Positions 1 to 9,991 of a DNA stretch of 64,000 bases are shown one piece after another. The notes beneath the pieces are model-generated. The model saw nothing but the letters and a program-made list of their open reading frames with translations. It had not been told where the DNA came from and ran no database searches. Source of the stretch: Alphaproteobacteria bacterium. GTDB lineage: Bacteria > Pseudomonadota > Alphaproteobacteria > MPNO01. Each line of letters opens with the position of its first letter. Position 1 is the stretch's first letter. The stretch spans positions 1,888,001 through 1,952,000 of the forward strand of contig OZ219866.1 in the NCBI GenBank assembly GCA_964291675.2. The letters run 5' to 3'. The position numbers and the translations under genes were made by a program.

Positions 1-1
1 C

Positions 2-131
2 GCCGCGGGGCACCACCCTCGGCGATGTCGCCAAGGCCGCGGCGCCCTATGTCGTCTGCGACCTGATCCTGTTCGCCCTGCTCGTCGCCTTCCCGTCGAT
101 CGCCCTGTTCCTGCCCGGCCTGATGGAGTGA
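2..131 (+). CDS. 3' end of TRAP transporter large permease (DctM-like), truncated by window edge
   Basis: Frame 2 reads AAGTTLGDVAKAAAPYVVCDLILFALLVAFPSIALFLPGLME*, a typical DctM C-terminus. Confidence 0.7.
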   Translation, partial: PRGTTLGDVAKAAAPYVVCDLILFALLVAFPSIALFLPGLME

Positions 132-159
132 TCCGCCAGGCGCCGTCGGGGCGCCGGCG

Positions 160-428
160 GTGCCAGAGTCCATCGAGCCATCCGAGCGCATGGCCTCGCG
201 GATGCGATGCGACAGGAACCACGCCGACCGGACCGTGACGCCCAGCGTCCGGGAGAGCTTGCCCTCGGGGTGCTTCTTGGACCGCTTGGTACGGACGCCC
301 TTCAGCACACAGGCGCCGTCGACGACGCCGCACGCGGGGCAGACTGGCCCATCGGGCCACAGCATCGCCTCGACATGGGCGAACGCCGCTGTCTCATCGT
401 GCATGTACGGGGCTGAAACGGCTGACAT
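160..428 (-). pseudogene. IS1595-family transposase N-terminal remnant, internally deleted
   Basis: MSAVSAPYMHDETAAFAHVEAMLWPDGPVCPACG (Zn-ribbon start) joined directly to LSRTLGVTVRSAWFLSHRIREAM (HTH part); no DDE domain. Confidence 0.75.
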
Positions 429-509
429 CGCGGGCTTGCCGCCGGCGGCTGGCGAGAAATGGGGGCCGTTTCCGGCGACCGGCACTTGTCGAGGAAGAGG
501 CTCGCCCGC

Positions 510-974
510 CTACTTCCAGCGCGGCTCGATGCCCTCCTCGCGCAAGAACTCTTCGGCAAGCTCCCCGGCGCGCCGGTCCCGGAAGGCGTTGAAGGCGTCG
601 ATCGTCTCCCGGTCGTCGACCCGCCTCTTCCACTGCCCGATCCGGCCGGAATAGGCGTCCGCCGCCCTTTGCCGGCGCGCTTCGTCGTCGGTCCAGTCCG
701 AGCGCAGGAAGTCCCGCAGCATCCGGCCGTAATCCCCGCCGTCGAGGCTCGGGATGTCGAGATAGCGCCCGGGGTCGGCCTCGACGCGCTCGCGCAGCGC
801 GCGGTTCTCCTCGGGCGGGATGCCGACCACGGACTCGGCGTCCTCGTCGTTCTCGTAGACCCAGAGCACTTCGCCGGTCCGCCGGTCGAGATGGAAGGTC
901 TGCGGCTCGGCGTAGTCGAAGGACGCGCCTTCCTCGAAGGCGAGCATGAAGGAGGTTCGGTCGATCTCCACCAT
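510..974 (-). CDS. UPF0158 family protein
   Basis: 154 aa acidic protein; FHLDRRTGEV, RYLDIP, YGRMLRDF and EFLREEGIEP motifs. Confidence 0.7.
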   Translation of the reverse strand: MVEIDRTSFMLAFEEGASFDYAEPQTFHLDRRTGEVLWVYENDEDAESVVGIPPEENRALRERVEADPGRYLDIPSLDGGDYGRMLRDFLRSDWTDDEARRQRAADAYSGRIGQWKRRVDDRETIDAFNAFRDRRAGELAEEFLREEGIEPRWK

Positions 975-1011
975 GCCCCGGTTCTGCCTCGCCCCGCCCC
1001 GCCGCGCAAGT

Positions 1012-1139
1012 CCCCCGGGGACGCGGGAGCGATTTCAGGCCGAATCGCGGTTTTCCATGCTGCCGTTACGGTTTCGGGCAATTCGTTGAAGCGATACATA
1101 GGTCAACAAGGTTGACCATTGTTTCACGTGAAACATTAG
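1012..1139. repeat. ~130-bp parS-containing repeat, copy 1 (inverted relative to 5261..5387)
   Basis: Reverse complement matches 5261..5387, identical over ~48 bp next to the MFS stop codon and then diverged. Confidence 0.9.
1120..1135. promoter_or_regulatory. parS centromere site
   Basis: Perfect palindrome TGTTTCACGTGAAACA, the bacterial parS consensus. Confidence 0.85.
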
Positions 1140-2329
1140 ACCCGCCCGTCTTCGCCCAGCACCGAGAGGATTCCGAACAGGAAGGAGGCGGCGGCCGCGG
1201 CTATGACCACCGCCGCCACGGGGAGCGCGGTGCCGTCGTAGAGCATGGCGACGGCCTGGGTGAGCAGGCCCGACAGCAGGAACTGGGCGAAGACGACGAT
1301 GCCCGACGCGGTGCCGGTGAGCGCCGGGTCGGCCGACATGGCGGCGGCCTGGGCCTGCGGCATCGAGAGCCCTTGGCCGACCGAGAGGATCAGGATGGGC
1401 ACGAACAGCGCCGCCGGGGCGAGCGGCAGGCCGAGGGCGGGGGCGATCGCCGTCAGCGCGCCGGCCAGCGTGAGCCCGGTGCCGGAGACGATCAGCAGGC
1501 GGGCCGAGAGCCGCCCGCTCGCCCGGCCCGACAGGTAGTTGCCCAGCATGAACCCCGCCGGGCCGAGGGTGAACCAGAGCCCGTACTCGGTCGCGGGGCG
1601 GCCCAGCACGTCGACCATCAGATAGGCGGCGCCGGCATTGGCCGCCATGAAGGTCGCGCTCCCGAAGGCCGGGTTGGCCATGTGGAGCACGAAGCGCCGG
1701 CGCGCCAGCAGGCGGGCGAACCCGGCGGCGAGCCCGGTCGCGGGCGCGGCGGCGCCCGCCCGGGTCTCGCCGATCACCGCCACGGCGAGCAGCATCACCG
1801 CCAGCCCGAATCCGGCCGGCAGGATCATGATCGACTGCCAGCCGAGCGTGTCGGCGAGCCCGCCGCCGATGACCGGGGCGACCATCGGGCCGAGCACGTA
1901 GGCGGTCGTCAGATAGGCGATCATCTGCGGCAGGCGCTCGGCGCCGTAGACGTCGCTCACCATGGTGCGCGCCAGCACCACGCCGCAGGCCGCGCCCAGC
2001 CCCTGCAGGATGCGGCCGGCGATCAGCAGCTCGATCCCGGGCGCCGCCGCGCCGAGCGCCGCCCCGCCGGAGAACAGCGCGAGCCCGCCGATCAGCGTCG
2101 GCAGCCGGCCGATGCGGTCGGCCAGCGTGCCGTAGACCAGCGTGCCGGCCGCCATCGCCAGCATGGCGAGCGAGAAGGCGAGCTGCGCGGTGCCGGCATC
2201 GACCGCGAACGCGCGGCCGACGAAGGGGACGGCGGGGAAGAACAAATGGACCGAGAGCGGCCCGATCAGGGTGACGCCGACCAGGGCGGCGAACAGGACG
2301 GCGCCGGGCTCCGGCGGCCTCCGGGCCAT
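1136..2329 (-). CDS. Bcr/CflA-type multidrug MFS transporter
   Basis: 397 aa, ~12 TM segments; GTLADRIGRLP motif A; GRILQGLG motif. Confidence 0.85.
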   Translation of the reverse strand: MARRPPEPGAVLFAALVGVTLIGPLSVHLFFPAVPFVGRAFAVDAGTAQLAFSLAMLAMAAGTLVYGTLADRIGRLPTLIGGLALFSGGAALGAAAPGIELLIAGRILQGLGAACGVVLARTMVSDVYGAERLPQMIAYLTTAYVLGPMVAPVIGGGLADTLGWQSIMILPAGFGLAVMLLAVAVIGETRAGAAAPATGLAAGFARLLARRRFVLHMANPAFGSATFMAANAGAAYLMVDVLGRPATEYGLWFTLGPAGFMLGNYLSGRASGRLSARLLIVSGTGLTLAGALTAIAPALGLPLAPAALFVPILILSVGQGLSMPQAQAAAMSADPALTGTASGIVVFAQFLLSGLLTQAVAMLYDGTALPVAAVVIAAAAASFLFGILSVLGEDGRV

Positions 2330-2342
2330 CGGCGCCCTGGGC

Positions 2343-3101
2343 TCAGTGCATCACCAGCCCGCCATCGACCAGGACGGTCTGGCCGGTGATGAAATCGCTC
2401 TCCGCCGAGGCGAGGAAGACCATGGTGCCGAGCAGGTCTTCCGGCATCTCGTCGCGCTTGAAGGCGCGCCCGGCGAGGTTCATGTCGATGTTGAACCGGA
2501 GCGCCTCGCGCTGGCTCTCGATCTGCTCGCTCATGGTGAAGCCCGGCGCGATGGAGTTCACCCTGATGCCGAAATCGCCGAGCTCGCGCGCCGCCGCCCG
2601 GGTCATCGCATCGACCGCGCCCTTGGACGAGACATAGTGCAGGAACCAGGGCACGCCGGCCTGCACGGTGGCCGACGAGATGTTGACGATCTTGCCGTAG
2701 CCCTGCTCTTTCATCTGCGGCACCACCGCCTTGATGCAGACGAAGGTGCCGCGCACGTTGACCGCCATCACCCGGTCCCACTCCTCGACCCCGATGTCGA
2801 GGAAGGAGCGGCGCTCGATGGCGGCGAAGATCGCCGCGTTGGGCACCATGACGTCGACCCGGCCGAAGCGCTCGACGGTCCGCGCCACGAGCTCGCCGAC
2901 CTGCGCCTCGTCGGACACGTCGACCTCCAGGCCGAGCGCCTCGCCGCCCGACTGGGCGATGGTGTTGACCACGTTGGTGCAGTCCTTCACGTCGCAGATC
3001 GCGACCTTCGCGCCCTCCTCGGCGAAGCGCCTGGCATAGGCCGCGCCGATCCCCTGCGCGGCGCCGGTGACGATGGCAACCCGGCCGTCGAGACGTCCCA
3101 T
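2343..3101 (-). CDS. SDR family oxidoreductase
   Basis: MGRLDGRVAIVTGAAQGIG; YVSSK catalytic motif; ITGQTVLVDGG. Confidence 0.9.
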   Translation of the reverse strand: MGRLDGRVAIVTGAAQGIGAAYARRFAEEGAKVAICDVKDCTNVVNTIAQSGGEALGLEVDVSDEAQVGELVARTVERFGRVDVMVPNAAIFAAIERRSFLDIGVEEWDRVMAVNVRGTFVCIKAVVPQMKEQGYGKIVNISSATVQAGVPWFLHYVSSKGAVDAMTRAAARELGDFGIRVNSIAPGFTMSEQIESQREALRFNIDMNLAGRAFKRDEMPEDLLGTMVFLASAESDFITGQTVLVDGGLVMH

Positions 3102-3186
3102 CCGTTCCCCCCTGGTCGCTGTGGATGCGCGCCGGAGGATACCGCAAGCCGCGCGCCGGTGCGATACTGGCCCGGGGAGGAGAGCC

Positions 3187-4065
3187 ATGGGCGAGGTCGA
3201 AGTCGCCGCAGGCGGCAACGCGGTGCTGGGCGAGAGCCCGCTCTGGTCGCCGGGCGAGGCGGCGCTCTACTGGGTCGACATCAACAACCCGACGGTGCAC
3301 CGGCTGGACCCGGCGAGCGGCGAGCGGAGGCGCTGGCGGATCGAGACCGAGACCGGCTCGATCGGCCTCGCCGGCGAGGGCCGGCTGGTGGCGGGGCTCA
3401 GGACCGGGGCGCATTATCTCGACCTCGAGAGCGGCAAGATCGAGAAGATCTGCGACCCCGAGGGCGAGGGCCGCTTCAACCGCAACCGGATGAACGACGG
3501 CAAGGTGGACCGCGCCGGGCGGTTCTGGGTGGGGACGATGAACGACCCCGGCCACGCGCCCGAGGGCACGCTGTGGCGGATCGGGGCGGACGGCGCGGCC
3601 GAGCCGATGCTGCGCGGGATCCGCATCCCCAACGCGCTCTGCTGGAGCCCGGACTCGTCCGTCATGTACTTCACCGACTCCTACTCGAACGAGATCTGGG
3701 CCTTCGACTTCGACCTCGCCACCGGGGCGATGGAGAACCGGCGGGTGTTCGCCCGCCTGCCCGAGGACGAAGGCGTGCCGGACGGCGCGACGGTGGACGC
3801 CGAGGGCTTCGTCTGGTGCGCCCGCATGTTCGGCGGCAAGGTGAGCCGCTTCGACCCCGACGGCGCCCTCGAACGCTCGATCGCGCTGCCGGTGCCGCAG
3901 GTCACGTCGTGCGCCTTCGGCGGGGCCGATCTCGACACGCTCTACATCACCACCGCCTCGCTCCGCATGGACCGCGCGGCGCTCGCCGGGCAGCCGCTGG
4001 CGGGCGCGCTGTTCGCCGCCGATCCCGGGGTGCGCGGCCTCGCCGAGCCGGAGTTCGGCGCCTGA
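3187..4065 (+). CDS. SMP-30/gluconolactonase/LRE family protein
   Basis: LGESPLW, RMNDGKVD, PNALCWSPD and PDGATVDAEG motifs. Confidence 0.9.
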   Translation: MGEVEVAAGGNAVLGESPLWSPGEAALYWVDINNPTVHRLDPASGERRRWRIETETGSIGLAGEGRLVAGLRTGAHYLDLESGKIEKICDPEGEGRFNRNRMNDGKVDRAGRFWVGTMNDPGHAPEGTLWRIGADGAAEPMLRGIRIPNALCWSPDSSVMYFTDSYSNEIWAFDFDLATGAMENRRVFARLPEDEGVPDGATVDAEGFVWCARMFGGKVSRFDPDGALERSIALPVPQVTSCAFGGADLDTLYITTASLRMDRAALAGQPLAGALFAADPGVRGLAEPEFGA

Positions 4066-5264
4066 CCGAGGGGCGCGCCACCTCCTGGCCGGCGGTGGCG
4101 ACGATCGCCGTCGCCGGCATCGTGGCGGCGTTCCAGATCGGCAAGCTGCCGGCGGCGCTGCCGGGCTTGCGCGCCGAGCTCGGCCTGACCCTGGTGGAGG
4201 CGGGCTGGATCGTGTCCGCGCTGGCCGCGGTGGGCGTGGCCACCGGCATGGTCTGGGGCTTCGTCGCCGACCGCTTCGGCCACCGCCGCATGCTGCTGTC
4301 GGGGCTCGGCGTGATCGTCCTCGGCACCGCGCTCGGCAGCCTGGCCGAGACCGGGGCGGCGCTGTTCGCCACCCGCGTGGTCGAGGGCTGCGGCTATGTC
4401 GCGGTGCTGACCGCGGGGCCGACGGCGATCGGCGCCTTCTGCCGCGAGCGCGACCGGCCGATGGCGCTCGGCCTGTGGGCGTTCTACATGCCGGTCGGGC
4501 TGGCCGGCATGGTGGTGGTCTCGCCGGCGGCGATCGAGGCGGCGTCCTGGCGCGGGCTGTGGCAGCTCAACGGCGCGCTCGCGCTGGCCGCCATCGCGGC
4601 GGCGGCCTGGGCGACGCGGGACGCGCGCGGGGCGCGGGCGGCGACCGCCGCCGGCGGCGCGACGCCGATCTGGACCGCCATCCGCAAGACCGTCACCAGC
4701 CCGGGCCCGCCGACGCTCGCGGTCTGCTTCGCCGCCTACTCGCTGGTCTACCTCTCGGTCTCGGTCTTCCTGCCGACCTTCCTGATCGAGCGCCAGGGCT
4801 ACGCGCACCACGCCGCCGCCTACTGGGCGGCGCTCGCCATGGTGGCGAACGCGCCGGGCTGCGTGCTCGGCGGCTGGCTGCTCAGGCGCGGCTGGCCGGC
4901 GGCGCGGGTGGTCGGGCTCGCCTATCTCGGCATGCTGGTCTCGACGCCGCTGATCTTCGCCGACGGCATCGACCCCGCGCTCCGCCTCGGGGCCGCGATC
5001 TTCATGCCGTTCATCGGCGGCATGATCCCGCCCGCCGTGCTCGCCCGCACCGGGGCGCTGGCCGCCGCGCCCGGGCTCGCGGCCACCTGCGTCGGGCTGG
5101 TCAGCCAGGCGCTGATGCTCAACCAGCTCATCGGCCCGCCGCTGCTCGCCGCCCTGGTCGCCGGCCTCGCCTCCTGGGAGCGCGCCAACTGGCTCACCTT
5201 GCCGATGATCCTGCTCGGCCTCGCCGCCGCCTGGGTGCTGTCGCGGCTGGACAGGCGCGCCTAA
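4062..5264 (+). CDS. MFS transporter (CynX/NimT-like); start uncertain, possibly CTG
   Basis: ~400 aa hydrophobic; GFVADRFGHRR motif A; TRVVEGCG. Confidence 0.8.
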   Translation: MTEGRATSWPAVATIAVAGIVAAFQIGKLPAALPGLRAELGLTLVEAGWIVSALAAVGVATGMVWGFVADRFGHRRMLLSGLGVIVLGTALGSLAETGAALFATRVVEGCGYVAVLTAGPTAIGAFCRERDRPMALGLWAFYMPVGLAGMVVVSPAAIEAASWRGLWQLNGALALAAIAAAAWATRDARGARAATAAGGATPIWTAIRKTVTSPGPPTLAVCFAAYSLVYLSVSVFLPTFLIERQGYAHHAAAYWAALAMVANAPGCVLGGWLLRRGWPAARVVGLAYLGMLVSTPLIFADGIDPALRLGAAIFMPFIGGMIPPAVLARTGALAAAPGLAATCVGLVSQALMLNQLIGPPLLAALVAGLASWERANWLTLPMILLGLAAAWVLSRLDRRA

Positions 5265-5387
5265 TGTTTCACGTGAAACAATGGTCAACCTTGTTGACCT
5301 ATGTATCGCGTCAGGAAACTGCCGGAAGCCGTAACAACAGCTCGCGAAACCGCGCTCCGGCGCGAAATCGGCCGCGCGTCCCCGGGG
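5261..5387. repeat. ~130-bp parS-containing repeat, copy 2
   Basis: Inverted match to 1012..1139. Confidence 0.9.
5265..5280. promoter_or_regulatory. parS centromere site
   Basis: TGTTTCACGTGAAACA immediately after the MFS TAA stop. Confidence 0.85.
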
Positions 5388-5490
5388 GCCCTTCGATACG
5401 CCGCGCATCGCGTCCGGGGCGTATCAGGGGACCGGATTGCCGCGCCCGCGCGCCCGTGCGACAGTCGGGGCGGACGCGCGGGAGGGGGTC

Positions 5491-6096
5491 ATGCTGTTCC
5501 TCGTCACCTCGAAGGAGCCGAGACCGCACGGGACATGGCACACGCCCGCCCGCCATGCCGGCTGCCTCGCCCACTGGGTCGGCACGCATGTGTCGGGCGT
5601 CGCGGTGATCCACCCGATCATGTTCGTCCGGGGCTATGCGATCTATGTCGAGGCGGATAGCGGGCGCGCCTTGCGCGAGATCCTCGAAGGCAACCCGATG
5701 TGGCCCGACGAGACCTACCGGATCTACGTGCTGGAGGAGAACGGCCCCGTGAAGAACCAGCCCGTGCCCGAGGGCAAGCAGCGCTTCCTGATCCTCGCCC
5801 GCCCGGCCAAGCCGCTGCCGCCCGACCTCGACTACGCCGGCACCGACGCGATGCTGGAGCGCATCGCCGCCGAGCACGGCGCGATGGTGCATCGCCTGGT
5901 CGAGGACATCGCGGGCTACGCCATCCTGGTCGACGTGGCGAGCAACGACCAGATCCGCACCCTGCTGGAGCCGCTGCCGATCACCACCTTCGTCAACTAC
6001 GAGATCCTGCCGCTCGGCTCGATGGGCGGCCACGAGAGGCATATCGAGGCGCTCGGGCTCGACGTGCCGTTCGAGGGGAAGGGGGAGGGCGGGTAG
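5491..6096 (+). CDS. Hypothetical protein with two tandem muconolactone-isomerase/DUF3303-like repeats
   Basis: GGAGG RBS; internal repeat GYAIYVEADS...ILEGNP...YRIYVL versus GYAILVDVAS...LLEPLP...YEILPL. Confidence 0.6.
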   Translation: MLFLVTSKEPRPHGTWHTPARHAGCLAHWVGTHVSGVAVIHPIMFVRGYAIYVEADSGRALREILEGNPMWPDETYRIYVLEENGPVKNQPVPEGKQRFLILARPAKPLPPDLDYAGTDAMLERIAAEHGAMVHRLVEDIAGYAILVDVASNDQIRTLLEPLPITTFVNYEILPLGSMGGHERHIEALGLDVPFEGKGEGG

Positions 6097-6139
6097 GGGG
6101 AGGCGGCCTTCGATACGCCCTTTCCTCCGTCTCATCCTG

Positions 6140-6399
6140 TTTGCGCGCCGCACCGAGCCGCGCTCGCGGGGAGGTTCGAGGTTCGCGCCGCGCGGCGGGT
6201 TGTCGACCGGCCATCGCCCGGGCGGCGGGCGGGCGCGCGCGCGGGCCTGCCGCCCGGCGGCGGGCGCCGCCACGAAGGCCCGCCGGCGGCCGATCCGCCG
6301 CGGCCCCTCTTCTTGCGCCGGGCGCAGGACCTCGGACAGCCGCGCCCTGGCCCCGGCGACGGTCCAGGCGCGGCGGGGGTCGGGAACCGGATCGGGCAT
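6140..6399 (-). pseudogene. Degenerate Phd/YefM-type antitoxin
   Basis: WTVAGARARLSEVLRPAQEEGPRRIGRRR resembles the WxVAEAKARLSExL Phd N-terminus; no normal stop; no toxin partner. Confidence 0.6.
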
Positions 6400-6510
6400 G
6401 CGTGCTCCGCTGAGATGCATGGTCCGACATGGTCCGGAATGTCACGGATATCGACCGCCGCGCGCTCCGGTCGGAACTACGAGGGGCGAAGCGCCGCGGG
6501 TCCTTCGATA

Positions 6511-7324
6511 GGGGCTTATCCAGATTACTTGACGAGCGGGGGGCCGCGACGTTTCGTCCGTCATACCCGGCCCCCGGATCAAGTCCGGGCGTGTTCCCCT
6601 GCTGTCCGGTCTCGCCTTTCGACGCGCGCCGCACCCGGCTCTCCCCGCTCCTCCACCGCCACCACCCCGTCATGGCCGGCCCCCGCTCCTTCTCCCCGTT
6701 GCTCCACCGACTCCCCCGCTACTCCCCACCCCGTCATGCCCGGACTTGATCCGGGCACCCATGGCCGGACTTGATCCGGCCACCCACCGGCGCCGCCACG
6801 CCTCCCCACGGCCCGCCGTGCGCGCCGATAGGCCGCATGGGTGCCCGGATCAAGTCCGGGCATGACGAGGGGGGAGCATGACAGGGGGAGCATGACGAGG
6901 TGGGGCAGCATGGAAGCATGGGGAGCGTTCGGGCGCTCGGGCACGACGCCGGGGATCGCCGGCGGGCACGCCGCAGATCGCGCCGCGCGGCCGCGCCGCC
7001 CCCCTTGGCGCCCGGCCCCCGCTCCTTCTCCCCGTTGCTCCACCGACACTCCCGCTACTCCCCCACCCCGTCATGCCCGGACTTGATCCGGCCACCCACT
7101 GGCGCCGCCCCCCCACGGGCCGCCTTGCGCGCCGAGAGGCCGCATGGGTGCCCGGATCAAGTCCGGGCATGACGAGGGGGGGGTGAACGGGCGGGGGGTG
7201 CATGACGAGGTGGGGAGGCATGGCGAGCGTTTCGACGTTCGGGCGCGACGCCGGGGATCGCCGGCGGGCGCGCCGCCCCCGTGGCGCCCGGCCCCCGCTC
7301 CGTCAAGCAATCTGGATAAGCCCC
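6511..7324. mobile_element. Non-autonomous IS1595-like MITE (MITE-1) filled with REP-B palindromes
   Basis: 24-bp TIRs GGGGCTTATCCAGATTACTTGACG / CGTCAAGCAATCTGGATAAGCCCC; 8-bp direct repeat CTTCGATA at 6503..6510 and 7325..7332. Confidence 0.8.
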
Positions 7325-7455
7325 CTTCGATACGCCCCTTCCGGGCTGCTCAGGATGAGGCTTCGATACGCCCCCGTCAGGCTTGACGGCGCCGCCCCGG
7401 GCGGCGACTCTGGGGGTTCGGGCGGCAATCCAACCACCTTCGGCGGGGGAGAGTC

Positions 7456-8469
7456 ATGCGCGCGGTATGCTTGCGCGAACACGGCGGAATCGATGCGCTC
7501 AGGCTGGAGACCGACTTTCCGGACCCGGCGGTCGGCGAAGGCCAGGCGGTGATCCGCGTCCGCGCGACCTCGCTCAACTACCACGACGTGTTCACCTGCG
7601 ACGGCATGCCGGGCATCAAGGTGCCGATGCCGATGATCATCGGGCTCGACATCGCCGGCGAGATCGCCGAGATCGGGCCGGGGGTCGAGGGCTGGCGGGT
7701 CGGCGACGACGTGCTGGTCAACCCGCTCGATCCGATCGCCCCGGAGAAGGGGCTGATGGGCGAGATGGTGCTGGGCGGCACCGCCGAGTACTGCCTGGTC
7801 GACGCGACCCGGCTGATCGCCATCCCGGACGGGGTGAGCCACGCCCAGGCCGCGGCGCTGCCGGTCGCCTACGGCACCGCGCACCGCATGCTGTTCACCC
7901 ATGGCGGGCTGAAAGCGGGCGAGCGCATCCTGATCCTCGGCGCGAGCGGCGGGGTGGGCTCGTGCTGCGTGCTGCTCGCCAAGCTGGTCGGCGCCGAGGT
8001 GGTGGCCTGCGGCTCGACGCCGGAGAAGCTGGATGCGCTCAGGGAATGGGGCGCCGACCACGTGATCGACTACACCGAGACCCGGTTCGAGCGCGAGATC
8101 TGGAGGCTCTACGAGAAGCCGCACCGGCGGCGGTTTACCGGCGGCGTCGACATGGCGGTCAACTTCACCGGCGGCGATACCTGGGTGCCGAGCCTGAAGG
8201 CGCTCAAGCGCGGCGGCAGGCTGATGACCTGCGGCGCGACGGCGGGCTACGACCCGAGCGAGGATCTGCGCTACATCTGGACCTTCGAGCTCAAGGTGCT
8301 GGGCTCGAACAGCTGGGCGCCGGAGGACCTCACCCGGCTGATGGCGCTGATCGCCGACGGCAGGCTCGACCCCGTGATCGACTGCACGCTCCCGCTGGAG
8401 GAGACCCGCGAAGGCGTGCGCCGGCTGCGCGACCGCGAAGTGATCGGAAAGATCGTCATCGAGCCATGA
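7456..8469 (+). CDS. Zn-binding alcohol dehydrogenase/quinone oxidoreductase (MDR) family
   Basis: SLNYHD, GLDIAG, GASGGVG and GKIVI motifs. Confidence 0.85.
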   Translation: MRAVCLREHGGIDALRLETDFPDPAVGEGQAVIRVRATSLNYHDVFTCDGMPGIKVPMPMIIGLDIAGEIAEIGPGVEGWRVGDDVLVNPLDPIAPEKGLMGEMVLGGTAEYCLVDATRLIAIPDGVSHAQAAALPVAYGTAHRMLFTHGGLKAGERILILGASGGVGSCCVLLAKLVGAEVVACGSTPEKLDALREWGADHVIDYTETRFEREIWRLYEKPHRRRFTGGVDMAVNFTGGDTWVPSLKALKRGGRLMTCGATAGYDPSEDLRYIWTFELKVLGSNSWAPEDLTRLMALIADGRLDPVIDCTLPLEETREGVRRLRDREVIGKIVIEP

Positions 8470-9977
8470 CGCGGCCGCGCAACCTCGGCAGCGTGTTCGC
8501 ATCCCATGCCGGGAGCGACCGCCCGGCGGTGGTCGACCTGTTCGACCCGGACCGGCCGCGGAGCCTGAGCCACCGCGAGCTCGACCGCGCCTGCGGCGCG
8601 ATGGCGGCGGGGCTCGCCGCGCGCGGGCTCGGGCGCGGCGACCGGGTGGCGATCTGCGCGCTCAACCGCCTCGAATACCTGGTGGCGCTGTTCGGCGCGA
8701 TGCGGGCCGGCTGCGTGCCGGTGATGGTCAACATCAAGCTGCCCGAAGACACGATCCGCTTCATCGTCGCCGATTCGGGGGCGCGAATCGTCTTCGCCGA
8801 CGGCGACTTCGCCTTCGATCCGCCGGACGGCGTGGCGCTGATCTCGTTCGACGGCGCCGGCTGGCGGGCCTTCGCCGGGCCGGAGCCGGTACCGGCCACC
8901 CTGCCCGAGCCCGGCGACATCGCCGAACAGCCCTATACCTCGGGCTCGACGGGACGGCCCAAGGGCGTGCTGCTCGACCATGCGGGGCAGTGCTGGATGA
9001 TCGACAAGCTGGTCGAGACCCGCGCGCTGCGCGCCGACGATGCGAGCGTGATCTCGGCCCCGCTGTACCACAAGAACGCCCTGCTCGCCGTCAAGTCGGC
9101 GCTCGCCGCGGGCGGCTCCATCGTGCTCTTCGCCCGCTTCGATGCGCGTCGCTATATCCGCGCGATCGGGCGGTACGGGCTCACCATGCTGACCGGCGTG
9201 CCGACCATGTACGCGCTGATCCTGCAGGAGGAAGAGCTGCTGCGGGAGACCGATCTGAGCTCGGTCCGCGCCTGCTCGATGGGCTCGGCGCCGGCCTCGG
9301 ACAATCTGCTGGACGCGCTTGCGCTGACCTTCCCGGGCGCCGCGCTCAACCTCAACTACGGCATCACCGAGGGCGGGCCGATCCTGTTCTCGTGGAAGCA
9401 CCCGGACGGGCTGGAACGGCCGCGCATGACGGTCGGCTACCCGATCGACGGGGTCGAGATCAGGCTGGTCGGCGGACCCGATGCCGATGAGGGCACGCTG
9501 CATGTCCGGAGCCCGGGGGTGATGGCGGGCTACCACAACCTGCCGGACGACACCGCCCGCGTGCTGCGCGACGGCTGGCTCGACACCGGCGACGTGCTGA
9601 GCCGCGACGCCGACGGCTGGTACTACTTCGTCGGGCGGGTCGACGACATGTTCGTGACCGCGGGCGAGAACATCTACCCGGGCGCCGTCGAGGCGATGCT
9701 GGAGCGCCACCCCGACATCATGCAGGCGGTCGTGGTGCCGGCGCCCGACGCGCTCAAGGCGCATGTCCCGGTCGCCTTCGTCGTCGCCCGGCCGGATTCC
9801 GGGATGGACAAGGAGGCGGTCAAGCGCCACGCGCTCGCCAACGGGCCGGCCTACGCTCATCCGCGCCGCGTGTTCTTCGTCGACGCGCTGCCGCTGTCGG
9901 GCACCAACAAGATCGACCGCCGCGCCCTCCAGGCCCGCGCCGCCGCGGCCGCGCGGGAGAGCGGCACGGCGGGGTAG
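8466..9977 (+). CDS. AMP-binding acyl-CoA synthetase (class I adenylate-forming)
   Basis: YTSGSTGRPKG, YGITE, GWLDTGD and NKIDRR; ATGA overlap with upstream gene. Confidence 0.9.
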   Translation: MTRPRNLGSVFASHAGSDRPAVVDLFDPDRPRSLSHRELDRACGAMAAGLAARGLGRGDRVAICALNRLEYLVALFGAMRAGCVPVMVNIKLPEDTIRFIVADSGARIVFADGDFAFDPPDGVALISFDGAGWRAFAGPEPVPATLPEPGDIAEQPYTSGSTGRPKGVLLDHAGQCWMIDKLVETRALRADDASVISAPLYHKNALLAVKSALAAGGSIVLFARFDARRYIRAIGRYGLTMLTGVPTMYALILQEEELLRETDLSSVRACSMGSAPASDNLLDALALTFPGAALNLNYGITEGGPILFSWKHPDGLERPRMTVGYPIDGVEIRLVGGPDADEGTLHVRSPGVMAGYHNLPDDTARVLRDGWLDTGDVLSRDADGWYYFVGRVDDMFVTAGENIYPGAVEAMLERHPDIMQAVVVPAPDALKAHVPVAFVVARPDSGMDKEAVKRHALANGPAYAHPRRVFFVDALPLSGTNKIDRRALQARAAAAARESGTAG

Positions 9978-9991
9978 GGCGTCCTTCGATA

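Noticed and set aside
6429-7386. ORFs within repeat clusters (MPGLDP, CPDLIR, RIKSGHD peptides; also near 10 kb, 39 kb, 44 kb, 49 kb and 54 kb)
   Set aside because: Translations of REP/MITE sequence; no transposase or other motifs
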